A stretch of DNA of 64,000 nucleotides from sequence record KJ019095.1; one strand, 5' to 3'. The notes under the pieces are model-generated. The model was not told the origin of the DNA and searched no databases. It was given only the letters and a program-made list of their open reading frames with translations. Positions 39,736 through 51,400 of this stretch are shown here, piece by piece. Positions within the stretch are counted from its first letter, which is position 1; the number at the start of each line of letters is the position of its first letter. The translations under genes were made by a program, and so were the position numbers.

Positions 39736-42700
39736 ATGCCTCTAAATTATCTTACCGGAAGAGTAAGTAGATTACAAGTTGGATTTCCAGGGTTTTCAAC
39801 AGCAAAGGACCTTACAGTTGATGTAGCAGGTGCCATTGGTATTGATACCCAAAACCCAAGAGCAGCTGCCGACTTCCCAGATGTCAGTATCCGTGGTGAT
39901 ATTGTTGACTCTGTTGGATTTACCGGTGGTATTGGGTATTTTCTAGCGCAAGATGTTCAGGGTGTTCGGTGGGTAGAGGCTCCACCTATCAACTCTAACG
40001 CCATCTTAGTGTTAGACAATGGAGTTATCGTTGGTGCTGGATCATTCATTGGTCTAAACTTTGACTCTGGTAAGGATGAGGACTTCCTCTCGGTTGTTCC
40101 TGACCCACTAAACCCACAGATTGCAAAGATTGCATATGATGTTCGTTGGGTAAGATATAATTACGGTAATAATAAAGGTATCTCCACAGGTTTTGGAGAT
40201 AATGGTGACTACTCCTCTATCCCTGGTTATGGAACCACAGAGGCAGTTGGTGTTACCTCAGTTGGTATTGGTACTAACCAACCACTAGATGACTTCCAAG
40301 TTGGTATTGGATCTACTGGTGTTACTATCAACGGACCTCTAGGTCTAGTTGATGCAGAAATTATTAAAGCAAAATCAATCTCGGTTGAAGGAAACCTAGA
40401 GGTTGAATCACTTATTGTTAGACCTGGTGTTGCCACTCTAACCACTCTAGATGTATTGAACGAGGCGTTCATACCAGTAGAGTATGTTGGTTTCTCCAGC
40501 ATTCAAGATGCAAATATTGATGCTCTCTTTGCTAATCAGTTACTAGCAGGTATTACTACCCTAGGTTTCGGTGGTGAAGATGTATTCATCCTCAACGACT
40601 TATATGTTCAGGGTGGTTTAGGTACCTTCGATGGCGACGTATTCGTTGGTGGAGACCTAACTGTTAAGGGTGAGACGTTCTTCAACCAGATTAACGCAGT
40701 CAACTTATCAGTATCTGGTATTGCCACTATCGTCCAAGCGGAGATAGCTGTTGGTTTAGTTACCGATCTAAAAGTATCTGGTTTCTCTACACTATCAGAT
40801 TTCTCATTCAACATTGGTGTTGGTACATACCTAGAACTAGAAGATCTAGATGTATCTGGTGTTGGTAGTTTTGGTGTTGTCAACTCTGGTGATATTAATG
40901 TTAGTGGTGGTTTAACCGCTAGTGAGATTGATGCAGATAAGGGATACATTGGTATTCTCACAGCAGACTCTATTGTATCTGGTGCAGGTACTATTGGTTC
41001 TATCGAGTCTGATGGGAACCTAACAACACTTAATGATATTATTGTTGGTGGTGCTTCAACCTTCGTTGGTTTGGGTACTTTCCAAGACGATCTCTTTGTT
41101 GGTGGTGACCTCTTTGTTAGAGGTGATGTTACCTTTAAGAATATTAATGGTGAACAACTACTAATCAGTGGTATTGGTACCATCAAGGAACTAGTCTTTG
41201 ATAGTGGTATTGGAACCTCACTAGAAGTGAGAGATCAGATTACGACTGGTATATCTACGATCAATGAAGCAGATATTCAAGATGCCGCTGTTGAGAGACT
41301 TACTGTTGGTGATGCAGAGATCATCGGTATCGCAACTATTACCGAGATTGATGTAGATAGAGGTAGAGTTGGTATCCTAACTGGTACAGACCTCTCCTAT
41401 GCTGGTATCGGTACTATCACGGAGATTGATGTTGACCAGGGTAGAGTTGGTCTAGTCACTGGTGACACACTACTATACTACGAACAGTCTAGGATCAATA
41501 GAGTTACCTTCTTTGATAACTACCTATCAGTTAATCAGAGTCTAAGAGTTTCTGGTCTCTCCACCTTTGTTGGAACAGGTACATTCTTCAATGACTTGTA
41601 TGTTGGTGGTGACCTATATGTTGCTGGTGAACTAAACTTCAAACAACTCAATGGTGAGAACCTATACCTAACTGGTGTTGGTACCATCTATGATTTACGT
41701 AACACTGTTGGTTTCATTACTAACCTCTACGTAGAAGAGTCTGTAACTGGTTTAGCAACTATCAGTAGTCTAGTTGGTTCTTCCGCCACTATCACAGACT
41801 TCACTGGTGAGTCACTACTCATCCAGAATCCATTCAACCCAATGCCTCTGGACCCAACTGGGATCCCAGGACAGGGTGTTATTGATAGTCTCCTAGTTAG
41901 AAACCTAACTTCCTCTAACAACATTCTAGCCAATGACATTGATGCCAACTTCGTTGACACCGATGATCTAAAGGCTGGTGTTGGTACTATCACTGACCTA
42001 GAGTGGACTACCGCTGTTGGTGATGACACTACTACCAATACTCTACAGGTTACTGATACAGCAACCATTAACATCATCGATGCCAATCAGATCGATGCCG
42101 AAGATGCTAATATTGGAGTTGCCACCCTCTCTAGTCTCCTAGTAACTGGTGTCACTACCTTCAAGGGTCAGGTTGATATTGAGGATATTGAGTTCGTTGA
42201 CCAGAGTGTCACCGGTATTTCCTCTATCAACATCCTCAAGTTCAATGTTGGTTATGGAACCTACCTAGAGGTTACTGACTCAGTAACTGGTGTTGGAACT
42301 ATTGGTCTTGCCAGTATCACAACCGCTCAGGTATCTTTCCTAGATGTAAGAGATGAGGTAGTTGGGGCATCCACTATTGGTGTTCTATCAGTAACTGAAG
42401 GATTTGCAGTATCTGGTTTCTCCACCTTTGTTGGTTTCACTACCTATAAAGGAGATGTATTTGTTGATGGTAACTTAACTGTTACTGGTTTCGTTAGTTT
42501 CACACAACTAAACGCTGATCAATCACAGATTGGTATCCTAACTGTATTCGATGCGTTAGACGCCAGAACTGGTGTTGGTACATTCAAACACCTAGAGACA
42601 GTAGATAGTGCCGTTCTATCGGGTGTATCTACTATTGGTCTCTCAACCTTCAAGAATGGTGATGTTAATATTAACCGCAACCTAACAGTTGGTGGTATCA

Positions 42701-45342
42701 CTACCTTCATTGGTAATGTTTTCATTGAAGATACTGAGTTTGTAGAACTAAGTGTTACCAATCAGGCTAACATTAACAAACTATTTGTAAACTCTGGTGT
42801 TGCAACTCAGTTCAGTATCGGTGTTGCCACTATCACCCAGTCACTAACAGGTATCGCCACTATTGGTGACCTCAATGTAACTGGTCTTTCTACCTTCGTT
42901 GGTCTCGCTACCTTCCAGGGTGATGTTTATGTTGATAGTTACCTAGAAGTATCTAAGGATGTTGTAGTTGGTTCAGCACTAACAGTTCCTAACCTTACAT
43001 TCACTGATGGTGATGGACAGTTCCTCAATATTCAGGAAGAGGTTGTTGGTGTATCCACTATTGGTTTTGCTAGTATTACAGATGAGATAGTAGGAACTTC
43101 CACTATCTTTAGATCCAATATTCGTGACCTAGCAGTATCCGGTCTCTCCACCTTTATTGGTGATGTGTTGATGGGTTCCAACCTAGATGTGGTTGGTGAT
43201 ATATCTGGAACTAATATATCAATTGCACAATCAGTAACTTCTGACACCCTATTCACTAGGTTTGCTGATATTGAGGGATCCAATACTGGTGTTGCTACTA
43301 TTGGTTTCGCCACTATAACTGAACTCTTCACTGAGGATCTAACGGTTGTAGGAACCTCCACCTTCGTTGGTTTCACAACGATGACGGGAGACCTAAACAT
43401 TGAGGGTAACCTTAATGTAACTGGTGTTGTTACCTTCCAACAGTTAGACGCAACTCAGTCACAGATTGGTATCCTAACGGTATTCAACTACCTAGACAAC
43501 CAAGGAGACCTAAGAGTAGTTGGTTTCTCCACACTCGGTGACTTCTCAGCCAACTCCGGTATCCTTACCAGTATTGAATCTGGTGAGATTGATGTAACCG
43601 GTGATGTTTCTATCGGTGGAACACTGGGTGTTGCCGGTGAAGTTGGTTTCTCCAGTAACTTCTATACCGTTGGTATTACTACCCTCGCTTCTGGAACTGG
43701 TATTGTTACTACTGGTGGTGACCTCTATGTTGGTGGTAACCTATTCGTATATAACGATATTGTATATGATGAAATCATTGGTCGTAACCTAGACATCAGT
43801 GGTATTGGTACTATCGCAGACCTCAGAGTGGGTCTTGGTAGTATCGCAGACCTTAGAGGTACAACACTCAGGTATCAGACTGGTATTATTACTTCACTCA
43901 GAGCAGAAGATTCTGAAGTTGGAAGACACATTGGTACCTCAGTTGTTGTAGAGAACATAACTGCTACTGGTCCTTCTACTTTCGTTGGTGTTGTTACTAC
44001 TACTAACGAACTCTTTGTTGGAACTAACCTATTCGTAGGTAACAACGCAGATATCCAAGGTGATATCTTCGGTAGAAACCTAACACTCGAACTAAACGCC
44101 TCTGGTACTACACTAGACTTTGATTCAGGTCAGATCGATGACCTTATCTCACAGTATATACTCTCTGATGACTTGTTTGTCACTGGTATTACTACTTCAG
44201 TTGCGGCACAAATCAACTTCCTGAATGTATCTGGTGTAACTACTTCACCTATCATTAACTCCACACTACTAACCAACTCTGGTTTAGTTACAACTGGTAG
44301 TCTATATGTTCAGGGTCTAGCACAGGTAGAAACAACTCTACTTGTAGATGGTAACTCCATCTTCAATGGTCCAGCACTCTTCAATGATACAGTTACAGTC
44401 AATGACGACATTAATGTAACAGGTGATATCACCTTCAACGATATCAGTGGTATTAATGGTAACTTCGCTGGTATTGTTACCGCAACGAAACTCAAGTCCA
44501 ACTTCCTAGAGGTTAATGGTCAAACAGCCATTACTGGTTTGGCTACCTTCTTCAGTGGATTGAATGTAAGAGGTGGTCCTCTAGTAGTAGATAATCAGAT
44601 CTTCGCTAACTCTGGTTTCGTTACTACCATTCAGGGTACTGACTTAACATATACTGATGGTATTTTCTTAGGTGATCTACAGGTCAATAAGGATACAACC
44701 ATCAACCAGAACCTAAGAGTTGTTGGTATCACTACCTCAACCAACTTAGATGTATCAGCACAAACTGAAACCTCACTACTAAGTGTAACGGGTGTAGGTA
44801 CCATTCCAATCTTATACTCCACCAATGGTGAGTTTAAGACTTCACTCAAGACGGATCAACTCTTCTTTAATACTGGTTTAGGTACATACCTCAGTGTTAC
44901 TGATCTAAATGTTGTTGGTGTTGCTACTATCCCAACACTAGACATTGAATTCCTAGAAGCTGACAGAGCTGAAATTGGTATTCTAACCGTCACAAATAGA
45001 ACTGATATCAGTGATACTTCCAGTATCTTTAGTTACAGACTAACTACATCTGGATCAGCCACCAACGTAACTCTCTACGACTCCTCAGTTTATAGAAGTT
45101 TCGAGGCAAATATCCAAGTATCCACTGGTAGTAGTTTCCAATCTAGTAAGATGCATGGTTTGAGTGATGATAACTCTACACCAAATGTACTCTTCAATGA
45201 AACTTCTTACCTCTCTAATGGTGGTGAGTTGGCTGAGTTTGATGTATCAGGTTCCGCTGGTAACAATGTTATCCTAACAGTTACTCCATATACAGTTGGA
45301 ATTACAACCTATATACTTTCAGTAACCGCGGTAAGGGTCTAA
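39736..45342 (+). CDS. Long fibre-like virion protein (1868 aa)
   Basis: Dozens of GIGT/GIAT and VSGLSTFVG..TF..DL.VGGDL.V.G repeats typical of beta-helical fibre shafts. Confidence 0.88.
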   Translation: MPLNYLTGRVSRLQVGFPGFSTAKDLTVDVAGAIGIDTQNPRAAADFPDVSIRGDIVDSVGFTGGIGYFLAQDVQGVRWVEAPPINSNAILVLDNGVIVGAGSFIGLNFDSGKDEDFLSVVPDPLNPQIAKIAYDVRWVRYNYGNNKGISTGFGDNGDYSSIPGYGTTEAVGVTSVGIGTNQPLDDFQVGIGSTGVTINGPLGLVDAEIIKAKSISVEGNLEVESLIVRPGVATLTTLDVLNEAFIPVEYVGFSSIQDANIDALFANQLLAGITTLGFGGEDVFILNDLYVQGGLGTFDGDVFVGGDLTVKGETFFNQINAVNLSVSGIATIVQAEIAVGLVTDLKVSGFSTLSDFSFNIGVGTYLELEDLDVSGVGSFGVVNSGDINVSGGLTASEIDADKGYIGILTADSIVSGAGTIGSIESDGNLTTLNDIIVGGASTFVGLGTFQDDLFVGGDLFVRGDVTFKNINGEQLLISGIGTIKELVFDSGIGTSLEVRDQITTGISTINEADIQDAAVERLTVGDAEIIGIATITEIDVDRGRVGILTGTDLSYAGIGTITEIDVDQGRVGLVTGDTLLYYEQSRINRVTFFDNYLSVNQSLRVSGLSTFVGTGTFFNDLYVGGDLYVAGELNFKQLNGENLYLTGVGTIYDLRNTVGFITNLYVEESVTGLATISSLVGSSATITDFTGESLLIQNPFNPMPLDPTGIPGQGVIDSLLVRNLTSSNNILANDIDANFVDTDDLKAGVGTITDLEWTTAVGDDTTTNTLQVTDTATINIIDANQIDAEDANIGVATLSSLLVTGVTTFKGQVDIEDIEFVDQSVTGISSINILKFNVGYGTYLEVTDSVTGVGTIGLASITTAQVSFLDVRDEVVGASTIGVLSVTEGFAVSGFSTFVGFTTYKGDVFVDGNLTVTGFVSFTQLNADQSQIGILTVFDALDARTGVGTFKHLETVDSAVLSGVSTIGLSTFKNGDVNINRNLTVGGITTFIGNVFIEDTEFVELSVTNQANINKLFVNSGVATQFSIGVATITQSLTGIATIGDLNVTGLSTFVGLATFQGDVYVDSYLEVSKDVVVGSALTVPNLTFTDGDGQFLNIQEEVVGVSTIGFASITDEIVGTSTIFRSNIRDLAVSGLSTFIGDVLMGSNLDVVGDISGTNISIAQSVTSDTLFTRFADIEGSNTGVATIGFATITELFTEDLTVVGTSTFVGFTTMTGDLNIEGNLNVTGVVTFQQLDATQSQIGILTVFNYLDNQGDLRVVGFSTLGDFSANSGILTSIESGEIDVTGDVSIGGTLGVAGEVGFSSNFYTVGITTLASGTGIVTTGGDLYVGGNLFVYNDIVYDEIIGRNLDISGIGTIADLRVGLGSIADLRGTTLRYQTGIITSLRAEDSEVGRHIGTSVVVENITATGPSTFVGVVTTTNELFVGTNLFVGNNADIQGDIFGRNLTLELNASGTTLDFDSGQIDDLISQYILSDDLFVTGITTSVAAQINFLNVSGVTTSPIINSTLLTNSGLVTTGSLYVQGLAQVETTLLVDGNSIFNGPALFNDTVTVNDDINVTGDITFNDISGINGNFAGIVTATKLKSNFLEVNGQTAITGLATFFSGLNVRGGPLVVDNQIFANSGFVTTIQGTDLTYTDGIFLGDLQVNKDTTINQNLRVVGITTSTNLDVSAQTETSLLSVTGVGTIPILYSTNGEFKTSLKTDQLFFNTGLGTYLSVTDLNVVGVATIPTLDIEFLEADRAEIGILTVTNRTDISDTSSIFSYRLTTSGSATNVTLYDSSVYRSFEANIQVSTGSSFQSSKMHGLSDDNSTPNVLFNETSYLSNGGELAEFDVSGSAGNNVILTVTPYTVGITTYILSVTAVRV

Positions 45343-45413
45343 AACACCTCTCCCACTCCCTCTATAAATATCTGTATATCTAACACTGCAGATTATAGGG
45401 GGAATGTGAACCC

Positions 45414-48400
45414 GTGGCGAATCAGAATTTTCGTGTCAAAAAAGGTATAGAAGTTGGCTTAGGTGCCACTTTTCTATACGCAGACGACAGTGGAGTTGGC
45501 ATTAATAGTGCTAGCCCACGATCAAACCTAGACGTTCGAGGTAGATCCCAAACAGAGGAACTACTGGTAGACAACTATGCAGAGGTGCAAGGACCCTCTA
45601 CATTCGTTGGACTAGGTACCTTTGGGGGTGATCTATATGTTGGGAATGATCTATATGTAAAGGGCAACCTATCATTCACCAGTTTTGAATCTGAGACTGG
45701 TAATGTAACAGGTGTTCTTACCACAAGAGACTTTAATGTAACCGGATTATCTACGTTTGCGGGAGACGCCACCTTCCAAAGTGACGTAAATATCTCTGGT
45801 GCTTCTTCAATTACTGGAAACTTAGTAGTTTCTGGTGCCTCTACGCTCACAGGTATCGTCACAACTGGCGATGACCTCTATGTGGGTGGTAGTTTATATG
45901 TATTCAATGATATCTTCTATGATGAGATTACTGGTAGAAACCTCAGTATCTCTGGTATTGCCACACTCAGACAGTTAGAAATCCAACAGGACCTAGAAGT
46001 TGCAGGTCTCTCCACATTTGTTGGTTTAGTATCGTTCAGAGATGCAGTAGGTACAAACCTCACAGTTTATAATCTTTCCGCCAATACTGGTAACTTCGTA
46101 GAGATTAACGTCGATGGTGGAGGAGGCGGCGGTGGCGGTACTGGTATCGATAGTACCTCCGTCAATACCGAGTTCTTAAACGTCACTGGTGTTGCAACAT
46201 TTAACAATGGTATTGCCACCAACTTCAGCGCAGAGTTTATTGACGCTGGTGTAACCACAACTACCGACCTCCACTTCACTAATGGTTACGGTGTCAATCT
46301 CAATATGAGTGGCATCACAACTGTTGGTATTCTAACAGTCTATGAGAATATCTATGACTCTAGAAACCAAGTTGGTTATGGTGACTCACTACTAGTCACA
46401 CAGGGTGGGAAACTAGTATGGACTAGACCTGATATTGCAGGTATTGCCACTTCATTCCAACCAGGTTCTACCTTCTATGTAAGTGAGAATGGTAGTAATA
46501 CCAATGATGGTAGAAGTCCAGAGAAAGCATGGAGTTCTATTGCATATGCCGTATCACAGATTGGAGATACTTCTCACGATATTCTAGAGGTTACTGCTGG
46601 TGAATACACAGAAACCTTCCCTATCACAGTCCCTAAAGGTTTAACCATTTCTGGTGCTGGACAAAGGGCAACCATTGTTAGACCGTCACAGGCAACAGAA
46701 ACCAATGATGGTTTCCTACTAAACGATAGATCCACTATCCATAACATCACAGTTACTGGATTCTACAAACCACAAGGTTCTATCAACTACGCCTTCAAGT
46801 TTAGTGTTGGAGCAGCAATCACCAGTAGAAGTCCTTATGTTGATAAGGTCACGGTCATCAACAAAGGTACTCAGACAAGTGCCAGTGACCCATATGGTTA
46901 TGGTTCAGCTGACTCCTACCCAACCACAGCACCTGGTGGTGCTGGTGTTTTAGTTGATGGTAGTGTAGTTGCAACCAACTCACTAGAAGCAGCAATTCTC
47001 CTCAATGAGGTTACACTATTCACTGCTGGCAACCAAGGTATTAAGATTACCAATGGTGGTAGAGTAGAGTGGTTGAATGGTTTCATCTACTTCGCTTCTG
47101 AAGCACTTGTAGGTCTTAGTGATAAGACTACTGGTTTAGCGGGTGCTGGTAAGGCAAGACTAACCCTAGAGAACGCCTCTGGTGGATTGGTTGGTGGTAA
47201 TACCGTTCAATACTATGATAGTGATGGAACCACAGTTCTTGCTTCTGGTACCATTGATAATGTATCTGGTAGTTATGTAACACTAACCAACGCTGGTGTT
47301 GGTACATTCACAACTCCTAGAAATAGAACAGCCAAGAAGGTTGACTTTGTTAATGGAGCACAACTATCCACAGCACAGGCAAGGTTCGGTACATCCTCAC
47401 TAGATGTAACTGGTGCCGGAACTGATAACATCACAGTTGATTCCACTTCAGACTTTGGGTTTGGAACTGGAGACTTCACCGTTGAATTCTGGATATACAG
47501 AACTGGTAATATTAATGGTAAGGTAATCTGTGACTTCAGAGATACCGCCGCTACAGATCAAGCAATTACTATCCAAGGTGATGGTGGTAATGAGACTGAT
47601 GTTTATATTGGTACTACATCCGTTGTCACTGGTACAGTTCCTACCACACTGAATGCTTGGAACCATATCGCTGTTTGTAGAGTTGGTTCTACCATCACTC
47701 AGTATATTGATGGTGCTGTTTCTGGTAGTGGAACTGCTGCTACTGATCTAGGTGTTGCTAGACAACTAACCTTTGGTGATAGGTACGACAATAGTAACAA
47801 CGGTCCTACAGCATACCTAGATGAACTTCGTGTCACTAAGGGGGCAGCAAAATACACAGGAGCATTCACTTCACCTTCAGTAGCACTCACAGGTGATAAG
47901 GATACTTCTATCCTACTACACTTTGATGGTATCAATGGAGCAACCTCCACTACAGATGATATCATTGTCCTCCAGGATATTCGTATCACTGGTGGTAACA
48001 CAGCAGATAAAGTTACCCTAGCAGACTACAGTCAGTTTGGTGCTGACCTCAGGTCTATCGCTTGTGCCATTGAATATGGTAACCAGGGTATGATTGGTGA
48101 TGGTGATGGAGTAACTCTCCGTGCTATCTCTATCAACTTCAACCATGTAGGTGCTCTTGGTGATATCACTAACGATCCTAACCTAGCGATTCAATCGAAC
48201 GAGGTTATCGAACTCAATGGTGGTCAAGTATCCTATGTAAGTATTGACCAGAAGGGTGACTTCCGTGTTGGTGAATCCTTCTATGTTAACCAGGAAACTG
48301 GTGATGTATCATTCAACAACACAACAACTGATCTAACCTCACTATCTAGTCTAACCATCACTGATGGTACTAACAACTCACTTATCACTCCTACCTCTGG

Positions 48401-51400
48401 TAGATTTGGTAATGTTCAGATCTCTGGACAGCAAGTTGCTTCTGTATCTGGTGACCTAGACCTAGTAACCGCTGGTGGTGGTGAAGTTAACATCTACGGT
48501 AATACTAACGTTGTTGGTATTCTAACCGCACAGGTTGTTGAGATCAACGCTATCCAGAAGGGTGATACTTCTATCGCTCTAGATGATACCGGTACTGATG
48601 GTACTATCCGGTTTAACACCGATGGTTCTGAGGCAGGTAGATTCACTAAGGATAACGACCTTGCAGTAACACACAACTTCCGCGTTGGTGGAATTGGTAC
48701 TATTCCAAACTTGGTAAGTACTACTGCAACCATCACAACTCTAAATGTTGAGAACCTTGTCAGTAGTGGTAGCACTAGTGGCGGTGGCGGAACTGGTATC
48801 GGTTCTACCGCTATCAATTCACCTAACCTTAATATTTCTGGTCAGGCAAACTTCAACAACGTCAACGTTTCTGGTGTTGCCACGGTTCCTGATCTAACTG
48901 TAACCAACTCCTTTACTAATACTGGTTATTCAACCATCACTGGTGACGCCGAAGTTGGTGGAAATCTATGGTTGAAGGGTGACCTCAATGTTATCGGTTC
49001 CCAGAATGTTAGCGAGTTCTTCGCTACCAATATGGAGATCTCTGGTATCGCTACCTTCGGTACCGTAAAGGTCAACAGTAATGTCCATTGTGACGATACT
49101 GTATTTGTTGGCGGTGCTGTAACAATCACTGGTCCAATCACAGCAGTGGATATCTTTGCCACTGGTATTGGAACCATTCCTGTAGCAGATGTTGGACATG
49201 CCGATGTTGATTCTATCAATGTCACTGGTATCTCTACTATCTCTCAGGTTGATATCGGTAAGATTACCGTAGGTGACTTCACTGTAACTGGATTTGCAAC
49301 TGTCACTGACGGACTTGAAGTTATCGGTCCTGTCTCATTTGGTGGTTCTATCACACAACTACCTCTACCAACTGGTCAAGGTGGTGTTTGGTTTGACAAC
49401 TCTGTTGTGGGTGTCGGCACACTACTCGCCACTAATGCATCAATTAGCGGACTCCTCGGAGTTGGTAATTCATTGGGTGTTGCTGGTGATGCCTACATCG
49501 ATGGAAACATCATTGGTTCTGGTGGTACTATCTCTAATTACAACGAGATTATTACACCTCTCCTAACCGCAACTGATATCGATGCAGCTACACTCGATGT
49601 TAGTGGTAACGTAACCATTGATGGAAACGTAGACCTTGGTGACACATCTGCCGACTTCGTTAGAATCAACGGTAGAGTAAGTACTTCCTTTATTCCTTCT
49701 ACTGATAGTGCAACTGACTTAGGTAGCAATGGTCTCAGGTGGAAAGAACTCTTCGTTGATAAACTCACCCTCACAGATGATGCTGCTATTGGTGGTGATC
49801 TATCTGTTGGTGGTAGTGTATCTGCCGATTATGTAGATACTACTGAACTCAATGTCAGTGGTGTTGCAACCTTCGCTCAGATTTCAATTGGTGGTGGCGG
49901 CGGTGGTATTAGTACCAACGGCGTTATTATTAACAATGTTACTGTTACTGACCAGAGTACTCTTAACAACCTCATTGTTTCTGGTGTATCAACCTTCGTT
50001 GGTGTTTCTACCTTCAAGGGTGATGTCTATATCGATGGTAACCTAATCATTGATGGTGATAACAGTCAGGATCTAATCAGTGGTACTAACCTACTCGTCA
50101 GTGGTATTGCTACCATCGGCACACTAGGTGTAACTACAAACTTAACTGTTGGTGGTGATGTACTTGTCAGTGGTGCTATGACCGCTGGTTCATACAATGG
50201 TGATGGTTCTCAGTTAGATAATCTACCTGCAGCATCAATCACAACCTCCATAACACCTACAACTAGGGTGAATGGTGATACACTACAGACTGGTGATCTA
50301 TGGTATGACTCTTCTGAGTTACGCCAGTATACTTACTATGATGATGGTGGATCCGTTCAGTGGGTACCTTCAGCCCCAGAACCTACTATTCCTGATTTTA
50401 CCTACGCAGGTAACACAGGTATTGGTACTCTATCCTTAGGGGATGATACTTTCTCTGTTGTTGGTGATGGTACAAACGTAGTCACTACTGCAAGTGGTGT
50501 AACTACTACCGTAACCATTTCACTATCCGATAGTGTGGCAATCGCCGGTTCTATGACCGCTGGTAGCTTCCTTGGTGAGAACCTCAATGTTTCTGGTGTA
50601 TCAACCTTCGTTGGCGTTACAACCTTCAGAGGTGATGTCTTCATCGAAGGTAACCTAATCATTGATGGTGATGAGAGTCAGGATCTAGTCAGTGGTACTA
50701 ACCTAATTATTACTGGTATTGCTACCATTGGTACATTAGGAGTAACTACTACTACTACCAATACTCTCACCGTACTCGATACCTTCACTCTAGATAACCC
50801 AGTCAATTCTATCGGAATTAGTTCTGATCTAGGTGGTGCCGGTGCTGCTCACACAGCTCTTGCTTCCCAGTTAGCAATCAAACAATACATTGATGCTAAT
50901 AACTCAGATCAAAACCTAAACTTCACTGGTGATACTGGTTCTGGCTCGATTGGTCTTGGTACTGAATTCCTAGAGGTTCGTGGTACAGCACAACAGGTTA
51001 CAACCATTGGTGTTGGTAACAGTGTTGTTATTGGACTACCTAACACAGTAAGAGTACCACAGAGACTATATGTTGGTGGTGGTGCCTTTACTCAGGTTAT
51101 GGATGCCAACTCCGCTTCTGGTGTGGTATTTGCCAATAAGATTGTTACGATCAACAAAGGTCTAACCCTCAGTAGTAGTGACCTAACCGGAGTTCGTAAC
51201 CTAGTTCAGACTGGTATTGCAACTCTCGGTACAGTTAACTTCTCTGGTGTAACAACCACTGTAGGTAACGCATTCGTTGGTAATGACTTAAGTGTCTTAG
51301 GCACAGTCAACGCTAATGACTTCAACTCTACTTCTGACGCTACTAGAAAAGAAGACGTAGTTGAGATTGAAGATGCACTCGCTAAGGTCCTAGACCTACG

